A stretch of DNA of 15,914 bases from Myxococcota bacterium (GTDB lineage: Bacteria; Myxococcota; JACRCW01), in contig JBFMGU010000247.1 in NCBI GenBank assembly GCA_040752415.1, positions 1 to 15,914 on the forward strand, given 5' to 3'. Position numbers and translations under genes: made by a program. Shown in pieces: positions 7,305 through 14,303 of the stretch. Numbering within the stretch: position 1 is the first letter of the stretch; each line of letters opens with the position of its first letter. The notes beneath the pieces are model-generated. The model was not told where the DNA came from, ran no database searches, and worked only from the letters and a program-made list of their open reading frames with translations.

Positions 7305-10238
7305 TCACAGGCGGTCGTGCTTCACGCGCAGCTTGTAGGGGTAGCAGGAGCTCTGCAGTGACGCTCCCGACCACGAAAACACCTGCACGTAGAGGTCCAC
7401 GTCGTCGTCGCTGCCGCAGCTGCCGGTCCAGCGCAGGTCCAGGCTCTCCGGGGTGGTGCCGCCGTTCTGACCGGTGGTCCAGTAGTCGCCGCAGCCCTGC
7501 CAGTAGACCTTGAGGTCGTAGTCGTGGCCCGGCTGGATGTCGTGGAGCTCAACGATGGTCTGGTAGTCCTCGTCGCCCCAGCAGAAGTTGGTCTCCGCTT
7601 CCCGCAGCTGGATCTTCCACCAGTCACTGTCTCCGTCGGCGTAGATCTTGTGGCCGGTGAACTCACGCCACGAGTTGTCGTCGGTGATGTTGCCGGTGCT
7701 GAACGCGCTGCCGCTGCAGGTGTTGGGCTCCACGTCGTCGGGCGGGAGGCCGTCATCCGCGGTGCCGTTGCAGTCGTCGTCGAGGTCGTTGCACGTCTCG
7801 CCACGGGGCGGGCTCACGGCGCACGCGTACTCGCAGCCGTTGGAGAACACGCCCTGCGCCACGTTGAGGTCGTTGTTGAGGTCGTGGCCACTGGTGTCGG
7901 AGCACACATAGGTGCACTCGCCCGCCTGGCACTGCGCGGTGGCGGCGGGACGACCGTCGCATGGGCTGCAACGCGTGCCGCAGGAGTCGGGGCTGACGTC
8001 GGAGAGACAGGTGTCGGCGCAGGCGTGGTAGCCGGAGTTGCAGGTGTAGACGCACTCGCCGTTCTCCAGGGTCACCGTCGCGTTCGGGCGCTCCGTGCAG
8101 GTCAATCCACCGCCGGTCATGGCCACATCCAACGACGCTACCGCCGGGTCCGACGTGGTGATGTTGAACGTGGCGTTGTACGTCTGCGTGAGCAGCGGCG
8201 TGAAATCCACGGTGAAGATGAGCTCATCCTGGCCACCCGCCGCCACCACCGCGGGCAGCGTCTTGTTGGCCGTGATGGCAAATTCCGGCGCCAGGTTGCC
8301 ACCGCTGCGCGCGATCATGTCCGAGTCGACGACGAGGTCACCCACGCCCTCGTTCTTGATGCGCACCTGCCGCTGGCCCGTGGTGTTCGCGAACACCGGG
8401 CCAAAGTCCAGGAACGCCGGCGTGGGAATCACGCTCGCAATCGGCCGCACCGCGCGACCGCGCAGCGTCACGGAGGCCTGCGGCGCGTCGGGGTCGTTGG
8501 TTTCCAGCACCAGCTCCGCGATGTCGTCGAGCAGCGTCACCGCCTGCGGTCCGTAGGTGACCTGTAGCGTCACGCTCCCGTCCTCGGGGATGGCGTCGGT
8601 GACCTGGGTGGGTGAGAACGTGAAGACGGAGGCCGCGTTGCCCTGCACGAAGATGCGGTTGATGGAGAGGTCGCCGGGGCCCAGGTTGCGCACCTCGAGG
8701 TCCAGCACGTTCGCGGTGCCCACGTAACGGTCGCCAAAGTCCAACAGCGGCTGCACGTCAATGGTCGGCTCCTCGACGGCGCGGCCGGTCACGTGCACGC
8801 GCAGCACGTCGCCGGTGCTCAGGTGGACCTGCAGGAAGTCATTGAACCCACCCAGGTCCGTGGGCTGGAACACGACGTCAATGGAGAAGTCCGACTGCGG
8901 CGTGACGTTGCGCGGGAAGGTCAGGCTGCCCAGCTCCATGCGGAAGGCCGGCGGCGGGTTGCTTCCTCCGTCGGTCTCCGGCAGCGCGAACTGCCAGTCC
9001 ATGCTGTCGATGGTGATGAGCGCGTTGCCCTCGTTGGTGAACGTCAGCGGCAGTGTCGACGTGCGCCCCACGAAGGCCTGGCCGAAGTTCAGCGGGTCGG
9101 GGTCCGCCACCAGGCTGCCCACCTGGCCAATGCCGGACAGCGGAATGCGACGCTCCAGCGTGCTGCCCGCACCGTCGTAGCTGATGACGAGCTCCGCGCT
9201 GGCATTGCCCGGCTGCGCGGCGTTGAAGGACACCAGGATGTCAATGACGTCGAGGCTGTAGGCTGGTCCGCCGTCGCCACCGACGAGGCAGAGGCCATCC
9301 GTGCACTCGGTCGCAATCGGCGAGCAGTCGCCCACCGTGCCGCAGGGACCCGTGAAGGGAGAGATGGAACGCGGCAGCGGGCCCGCGCTCAGCGAGAAGT
9401 ACGCGCTGTTGGGCGGGTCCATGGCGACGGAAGTGATGGTCAACGCACTGTCGGCCGCGCCGTTGTTCTTGGCGTACAGGTGCACCTCCGCGGTGCTTCC
9501 CAACGCCACGCCGCCAAACTCCACCGACGCCACATCGGGACCGGTGTCGCCCAGCGCGGAGTGCACCAGCAGCGTGGCGTCACCCTTGAACTCCGCGAGC
9601 AGCTCCAGCTCCTTCACTGGCGCATTCACCGCGTTGGTGGTGATGGAGAGGAAGGCGTGGTCGGGCGCGCCGTCGGTGGGCCTGTGGCGGATGCGCAGCG
9701 TGAACTGGCCGTTGGGCGGGACCTCGTCGGGCTCACCGCCCACGGCTTCCACGGTGAACTCGCTGGCCGGGCCGCCGCCGTTGGCGTTGCGGATGCCGAT
9801 GAGGACGATGTTCATGGGCGCGTCGCCGAGATTGGACACCAGCACCGTCTTCTCCACGCTGATGCCAATGCGCTGCGCGCCGAACTCGATGGGGCCCACG
9901 TTGGGGTCGGTCTCGATGATCGCGCGGGGCACGTAGGCGTCGGTGCTGGCCGCGTCGCTGGCGCCGCCGTCGCTGGCCCCGCCCGAGCTGCTGCTCCCGC
10001 CCCCGGATGACGACGAGGTGGAAGCGTTGTTGCCGCCGCCATCCAGGTTGGCCGCGGTGCAGACGCCGCCCACGCAGATGGCGCCGTTGCACTCCTCGTC
10101 CACGGTGCAGGGGTCACCAATGCTGCTGCCGTCGTCCTCGGGTGGCGTCTCGGTTGCGCCGCTGGGGCATGCCGCGCCAATGAGCGCCAGGCCCAGCAAC
10201 ACCGTCACTCGAAGAGCTTCCGCACGGAGATCACGCAT
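7305..10238 (-). CDS. Large surface lipoprotein (~977 aa): five ASH/choice-of-anchor-D-like Ig repeats, Cys-rich modules, a MopE-like acidic metal-binding motif and a C-terminal PPC-like beta domain
   Basis: Signal peptide MRDLRAEALRVTVLLGLALIGAA-C24 (non-canonical lipobox). Ser/Gly linker. Five repeats of the pattern (L/I/V)xFG...NxG...(F/Y)xP...GR/GxG at ~9925-8107. Cys-rich stalk, ETCNDLDDDCNGTADDG, then DGDSDWWKI...DYDLKVY...YKLRV. ATG 10238 is preceded by GGGAGTGGAAG. Confidence 0.85.
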   Translation of the reverse strand: MRDLRAEALRVTVLLGLALIGAACPSGATETPPEDDGSSIGDPCTVDEECNGAICVGGVCTAANLDGGGNNASTSSSSGGGSSSSGGASDGGASDAASTDAYVPRAIIETDPNVGPIEFGAQRIGISVEKTVLVSNLGDAPMNIVLIGIRNANGGGPASEFTVEAVGGEPDEVPPNGQFTLRIRHRPTDGAPDHAFLSITTNAVNAPVKELELLAEFKGDATLLVHSALGDTGPDVASVEFGGVALGSTAEVHLYAKNNGAADSALTITSVAMDPPNSAYFSLSAGPLPRSISPFTGPCGTVGDCSPIATECTDGLCLVGGDGGPAYSLDVIDILVSFNAAQPGNASAELVISYDGAGSTLERRIPLSGIGQVGSLVADPDPLNFGQAFVGRTSTLPLTFTNEGNALITIDSMDWQFALPETDGGSNPPPAFRMELGSLTFPRNVTPQSDFSIDVVFQPTDLGGFNDFLQVHLSTGDVLRVHVTGRAVEEPTIDVQPLLDFGDRYVGTANVLDLEVRNLGPGDLSINRIFVQGNAASVFTFSPTQVTDAIPEDGSVTLQVTYGPQAVTLLDDIAELVLETNDPDAPQASVTLRGRAVRPIASVIPTPAFLDFGPVFANTTGQRQVRIKNEGVGDLVVDSDMIARSGGNLAPEFAITANKTLPAVVAAGGQDELIFTVDFTPLLTQTYNATFNITTSDPAVASLDVAMTGGGLTCTERPNATVTLENGECVYTCNSGYHACADTCLSDVSPDSCGTRCSPCDGRPAATAQCQAGECTYVCSDTSGHDLNNDLNVAQGVFSNGCEYACAVSPPRGETCNDLDDDCNGTADDGLPPDDVEPNTCSGSAFSTGNITDDNSWREFTGHKIYADGDSDWWKIQLREAETNFCWGDEDYQTIVELHDIQPGHDYDLKVYWQGCGDYWTTGQNGGTTPESLDLRWTGSCGSDDDVDLYVQVFSWSGASLQSSCYPYKLRVKHDRL
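8107..9925 (-). repeat. Five tandem ~100-150 aa Ig-like (ASH/choice-of-anchor D type) protein repeats
   Basis: Repeat starts are IEFGAQRIG..SNLG, VEFGGVALG..KNNG, LNFGQAFVG..TNEG, LDFGDRYVG..RNLG and LDFGPVFAN..KNEG. Similarity is evident at the protein level; I did not see matching DNA repeats. Confidence 0.8.
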
Positions 10239-10288
10239 GGTTCTTCCACTCCCCAGGGCCATCACAGGAAACGCCATTGTAGACGCAG

Positions 10289-10314
10289 AAAAAGCGCCGG
10301 AGCGATTCTCGGCG
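10289..10314 (-). terminator. Terminator-like hairpin plus U-tract upstream of the lipoprotein gene
   Basis: Minus strand CGCCGAG-AATCG-CTC(C)GGCG followed by CTTTTT: a 7-bp stem with a one-base bulge and five U residues. Confidence 0.4.
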
Positions 10315-10432
10315 TAATCCCCTTGACCGGTGCTGGTCCGTTGACCGACCGTCCGCGCGAGCTTGGTCGTTGGCGCGTGAAATCCCCAGTCTTTCCAGTA
10401 GGTTGGAAGGGTGGGGGGATGAGGGAGAGGTC

Positions 10433-10681
10433 ATGGATGACTGTCCGCAGTGCGGGAAGCCGGTGTTGGATCACGCTTTTGCGGAGGCGCTGACGTGCGG
10501 GAGGGCGCATGCGCAGGGGGCGCGCGCGTTGATTCGCCAGGCGCTGACGGCGGCGGAGGACACCGTGGATGGGACGCTGTGGACGCGTGCGGCCAGCGTG
10601 CGCGCGGCCCTGGAGGCCATGGACCAGGCCATCGGGTTCACGGCGGAGGCGCTGCCTTCCCTGGGTGACGACGAGGATTGA
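10433..10681 (+). CDS. Small hypothetical protein (82 aa) with an N-terminal CxxC-x6-H-x7-C putative Zn-binding motif
   Basis: ATG 10433 preceded by a strong purine-rich SD (GAGGGAGAGG). Sequence MDDCPQCGKPVLDHAFAEALTC..., then Ala-rich helices and an acidic tail GDDED. Fills the gap between two minus-strand genes. Confidence 0.7.
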   Translation: MDDCPQCGKPVLDHAFAEALTCGRAHAQGARALIRQALTAAEDTVDGTLWTRAASVRAALEAMDQAIGFTAEALPSLGDDED

Positions 10682-10694
10682 GCTCCACAAACAC

Positions 10695-10731
10695 CAAGGG
10701 CCGACCAGGCACCCCGCCCAGCCGGCCCTTG
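10695..10731 (-). terminator. Intrinsic terminator hairpin downstream of fbaB, between convergent genes
   Basis: Minus strand CAAGGGCCGGCTGGGC-GGGGT-GCCTGGTCGGCCCTTG forms a 16-bp stem (three G-U pairs) followed by GTGTTTGT, 23 nt after the fbaB stop. On the plus strand the three wobble pairs become mismatches, leaving 9 contiguous outer pairs. Confidence 0.75.
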
Positions 10732-10754
10732 AAGCGCCTCCGTGACGACGTCAC

Positions 10755-11822
10755 TTACGCCACGGTGATGTCCTTGCAGAGGTAGACGTCCTGGATGAGG
10801 TTGAGGAGCTGCGCGCCTTCCTTCATGGGACGCTGGAACGCCTTGCGACCGGAGATGAGCCCCATGCCACCCGCGCGCTTGTTGATGATCGCGGTCTTGG
10901 CGGCCTCGGCGAAGTCGTTCTCACCCGACGCACCGCCCGAGTTGATGAGGCCAGCGCGGCCCATGTAGCAGTTGGCCACCTGGTAGCGCGTCATGTCGAT
11001 GACGTGCTCGGTGGTGAGCTGCTCGTACACGCGCTTGTCGATCTTGCCGTACGGGTTCTCCTTGCTGCTGAGCGCGTTGTAGCCGCCGTTATTCTCGGGG
11101 AGCTTCTGCTTGATGATGTCCGCCTCGATGGTGACGCCGAGGTGGTTGGCCTGACCGGTGAGGTCCGCCGCCACGTGGTAGTCCTTGTCCTTGGTCTTGA
11201 AGGCGGGGTTGCGCAGGTAGCACCAGAGGATCGTCGTCATGCCCAGCTCATGCGCCTTGTAGAAGGCCGCCGCGACCTCCTGGATCTGCCGACCGGACTC
11301 CGGGCTGCCGAAGTAGATGGTGGCGCCAATGGCGGCGGCGCCCATGTCCCACGCCTGCTTCACCTGCCCGAACATGATCTGGTCGAACTTGTTGGGGTAG
11401 GTCAGGAACTCGTTGTGGTTCACCTTCACGATGAACGGGATCTTGTGCGCGTACTTGCGCGCCACGCTGCCCAGCACACCAAACGTGCTCGCCACGCCGC
11501 TGCAGCCACCCTCGATGGCGAGCTTCACGATGTTCTCGCCGTCAAAGTACGCCGGGTTCTTGGCAAACGACGCCCCACCGGAGTGCTCGATGCCCTGGTC
11601 CACCGGCAGGATGGACAGGTAGCCGGTCCCACCCAGGCGGCCCGCGTTGAAGAGCGACTGCATGCTGCGCAGGACGGGCCCGGGACGGTCGGAGACGGTC
11701 CAGATGCGGTCAATGAAGTCCGGGCCGGGGAGGTGCAGGTTCTCCTTGGGAATGCCCTTGCACTTGTATTCCAGCAGGCTCTGGGCGTCGGCACCAACGT
11801 GCTTCACGATGTTGTCCAGCAT
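10755..11822 (-). CDS. fbaB: Class I fructose-bisphosphate aldolase (DhnA/FbaB type), ~355 aa
   Basis: [69 protein letters not shown] (Schiff-base Lys), [20 protein letters not shown] 11822 is preceded by AAAGGTGA. Confidence 0.97.
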   Translation of the reverse strand: MLDNIVKHVGADAQSLLEYKCKGIPKENLHLPGPDFIDRIWTVSDRPGPVLRSMQSLFNAGRLGGTGYLSILPVDQGIEHSGGASFAKNPAYFDGENIVKLAIEGGCSGVASTFGVLGSVARKYAHKIPFIVKVNHNEFLTYPNKFDQIMFGQVKQAWDMGAAAIGATIYFGSPESGRQIQEVAAAFYKAHELGMTTILWCYLRNPAFKTKDKDYHVAADLTGQANHLGVTIEADIIKQKLPENNGGYNALSSKENPYGKIDKRVYEQLTTEHVIDMTRYQVANCYMGRAGLINSGGASGENDFAEAAKTAIINKRAGGMGLISGRKAFQRPMKEGAQLLNLIQDVYLCKDITVA

Positions 11823-11886
11823 GGGCGTCACCTTTGTTCGGCAAGTGGTTGTCGTTCCGTCGTGTAGAGACGGGAGGGCGGCGCCG

Positions 11887-11915
11887 CAACTAGCAACGGC
11901 GTGATGGGAGGTCAA
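11887..11915 (-). promoter_or_regulatory. Sigma-70-type promoter of fbaB
   Basis: Minus strand TTGACC (11915-11910), 17-nt spacer ending in TGC (extended -10 TGn), then TAGTTG (11892-11887), about 65 nt upstream of the fbaB start. Confidence 0.6.
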
Positions 11916-11938
11916 TCACGCGCGCGGAGCCGGACGTG

Positions 11939-11973
11939 CGCCGTGGGCGGAATAAGGCGCCCCCGCCACGACG
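11939..11973 (-). terminator. GC-rich stem-loop immediately after the membrane-protein stop (terminator or 3' stabilising hairpin)
   Basis: Minus strand CGTCGTGGCGGGGG...TTATTCCGCCCACGGCG: the outer CGUCGUGG/CCACGGCG pair, with further GCGG/CCGC pairing possible. There is no U-tract. Confidence 0.4.
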
Positions 11974-13914
11974 TCACCCGGGTCCATCCAAGCGGTAGAC
12001 CACGTACGCGTTCGTGCGGAAGAGCACCGGCAGGTCCCACGCGGGCTGACGCGTCCGACGCACCGCCGCCACCGCGCCCAACGCCTTCCCGAGCCTGAGC
12101 GCGTCCTCGGTCTTGAGGTTGGCGTCGAGCGGCTCCAGGCGGCTGTAGTGGCTGAACCCGACGATCTCCCCCGGCTCCCACCCGTACAGCTTGAGCTTGT
12201 GGAAGTACGTCTCGAGGTACTGCGGGTTGTGCGTGATGGCGATGCCTTCCTGGAAGTCAACGGCGGGCGTCTGCTTGCTGAACGAGCGGAACCCGATCTG
12301 GTTGAGCGGAGCCAGCACCACCGCGCCGGCGGGCAGGTTCTCGGCGGCCCAGTGCTGCACCTGTTTCCAGTCGTGGATGGGGCCCTTGCGGTGGTACTGC
12401 ACCATCAACGCGCCCCGCCCGACGAGGTGGAACGCCGCAAGCAACACCGCGCTTTGCAACAACGCACGTCGTGCGAAGCCCTGGTGTGGACCCGCGCCCA
12501 TGCGCATCCACGCCGAGACCACGGTGGCCACCGCGAACGCACCAATGAGCCCCTCGACGAGCACCATGCGTCGCAGGTTCCCCTCCATGACGGTGAGGCC
12601 GGAGTACTCCGTGGCGTCGGAGGCGAGCATGGCCGCGGGGACCGCCAGCGCGCACAGCAGGGATGCGGTCATCAACACGCGCAGGCGTCGCGTACGGGCA
12701 GGATCCTCGACGAGCTCCACCACCGCGCGTAGCGCGGGCAGCAGTGTCATCCAGTACGCGTAGCGGTACAGCAGCGGCAGCGCGAGACCGAGCAAGGTCA
12801 TGGTCCCCGTCGCTGCGGCGAGCCGGGCGTGGGGCTGGTCGGGTCGCTCCAGGTGGCGGAGCAACTGGAGGCACGCGCGAATGAAGTAGGGCGCGCCGGC
12901 CAGCGTCATGAGCCAGCTGAGGCGCATGGGGTGCAGTCGGATCAGCGTGGGGTTGGGCCACACCTCCGTGAGCAGACCGCCCAACACGCCCACGACCAAT
13001 GAGAGCGTGGCCACGCGCGCAATCGCTCCGTCGTCGTCGGAGGGGCCGGCCAGGCGCCACAGCGTCAGACCGGCGAGCGCGGGGAAGACCAGGCGCAACC
13101 AGTCGCTCACGCCCCAGGTGGAGAGCCAGAAGTGACCGGGGAACCACGCTTTCAACGCTTCCGCGTAACCTTCCGGCGCCGGCGCTCCCAACGCGCCCAC
13201 CTGCTTCATCCAGTACACGGTGGGCAGCATCAGCAGCACCGCGCCCATGCTCCCCACCACCAGTGACGTGAACTGTTCCCGTCGACGCGGACCCGCCAGC
13301 ACCGCGAGCCCCATCATCCCGCAGACGAACGTGCTGTGCAGCGAGTGGACGTTGAAGAGCAATCCCCCGACGAGAAACGCCGCCACCACGCGACCGCGTG
13401 CCAACAGCAGCAGCGCCCCGAGCACCATGGCCTGCGCCAACGCGCCGTGGGTCAGGTAGATGTCGCTGATGAAGTCCAACGCGAAGGTCAGCGTCTGCAC
13501 GGAAAGGGCCGCGGCGGTCCACAAGGCCACGTGCCCGTCGCGCCACAGCGCCAGCGCCAGTCGCCACGCCAGCACCACGTTGACGACGCGAAACAGCAGG
13601 AACAGCACGAACAGCAGCGGCTCAAGGGGAATGAAGCGCGCCAGCCACCCCAGCGCCGGATACAACGCGGAGGTGTACGTGTGGGCCATGTCCAGGATGA
13701 ACGGGTCCCGCGCGAAGGACGTCTCACCGGCGTAGTGGCGGATGAGGGGGAGCTGCGCGCCGTGGTTGATGATGCCCACGGTGTAACCCTGCGTCAGGAT
13801 GCTGACGACGACGATGACACCGAGCCACAACCACGGACGCCTCGGCTGACCGCCGAACAACGTGCCGGCACCGGGCCACTCCGGCCCCACGGGACGCGGC
13901 CCCGCGTCGATCAC
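11974..13914 (-). CDS. Polytopic membrane protein (646 aa), GT-C-fold glycosyltransferase-like / DUF6798-like
   Basis: More than ten hydrophobic segments. First extracytoplasmic loop NHGAQLP...FARDPF; loop AWFPGHF; RLHPMRLSW. Soluble C-terminal domain WKQVQHWAAENLPAGAVVLAP...GFRSFSKQTPAVDFQEG...YVVYRL. The GTG start overlaps the VOC stop (GTGA). The family call is from remembered architecture. Confidence 0.7.
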   Translation of the reverse strand: MIDAGPRPVGPEWPGAGTLFGGQPRRPWLWLGVIVVVSILTQGYTVGIINHGAQLPLIRHYAGETSFARDPFILDMAHTYTSALYPALGWLARFIPLEPLLFVLFLLFRVVNVVLAWRLALALWRDGHVALWTAAALSVQTLTFALDFISDIYLTHGALAQAMVLGALLLLARGRVVAAFLVGGLLFNVHSLHSTFVCGMMGLAVLAGPRRREQFTSLVVGSMGAVLLMLPTVYWMKQVGALGAPAPEGYAEALKAWFPGHFWLSTWGVSDWLRLVFPALAGLTLWRLAGPSDDDGAIARVATLSLVVGVLGGLLTEVWPNPTLIRLHPMRLSWLMTLAGAPYFIRACLQLLRHLERPDQPHARLAAATGTMTLLGLALPLLYRYAYWMTLLPALRAVVELVEDPARTRRLRVLMTASLLCALAVPAAMLASDATEYSGLTVMEGNLRRMVLVEGLIGAFAVATVVSAWMRMGAGPHQGFARRALLQSAVLLAAFHLVGRGALMVQYHRKGPIHDWKQVQHWAAENLPAGAVVLAPLNQIGFRSFSKQTPAVDFQEGIAITHNPQYLETYFHKLKLYGWEPGEIVGFSHYSRLEPLDANLKTEDALRLGKALGAVAAVRRTRQPAWDLPVLFRTNAYVVYRLDGPG

Positions 13915-14303
13915 TGTGGCTCCACGGGCTGGTGCGGGTGGTGGCTGATGGCCACGCGGTTTCCCTCGGGGTCACGCGCGTAGCTGGTGAACGGGGAGCG
14001 GTACTCAATGTGCGCGCCCGCCGCCGCCAAGCGCCCCTCCAGGGCGTGACGCTCCTTCGCGTCTACACGCAGCGCCAGGAGGAATGGTCCGGAGCCCACG
14101 CCGTCGACGAGGCGGGGCCGCTCATGTGTCTGCTCCACCATCAACGTGGCGCCGCCCAGGTCCAGCCAGACGCTGCGCAACGTGCCGTCGGCGTGGTGAT
14201 GACGGGTGATCTCGGTGAGGCCGAGCACGTCGCGGTAGAAGGAGGCCACCAGGTCCACGTTGCGCGCGCCCAGGGCCAGGTGGTGCAGCTTCGACGTTGT
14301 CAC
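13911..14303 (-). CDS. VOC (glyoxalase/bleomycin-resistance) family protein, 130 aa
   Basis: LHHLALGARNVDLVASFYRDVLGL at the N-terminus and SYARDPEGNRV at the C-terminus. The GTG start overlaps the aminotransferase stop (GTGA, 14303-14300). Confidence 0.9.
   Translation of the reverse strand: MTTSKLHHLALGARNVDLVASFYRDVLGLTEITRHHHADGTLRSVWLDLGGATLMVEQTHERPRLVDGVGSGPFLLALRVDAKERHALEGRLAAAGAHIEYRSPFTSYARDPEGNRVAISHHPHQPVEPQ

Noticed and set aside
9937..10045. Low-complexity GCC/GCT/GAC-rich stretch resembling a DNA repeat
   Set aside because: It encodes the Ser/Gly/Asp linker of the lipoprotein and has no fixed-period repeat-spacer structure.
10370..10386. TTGGCGCG as a sigma-54 -24 element upstream of the 82-aa gene
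   Set aside because: The -12 position reads ATCC rather than TTGC, so the essential GC is missing.
12257..13567. 436-aa same-strand alternative-frame ORF within the membrane protein gene
   Set aside because: Low-complexity Arg/Gly/Ala-rich translation. The 646-aa frame has a coherent transmembrane architecture and there is no sign of a frameshift.
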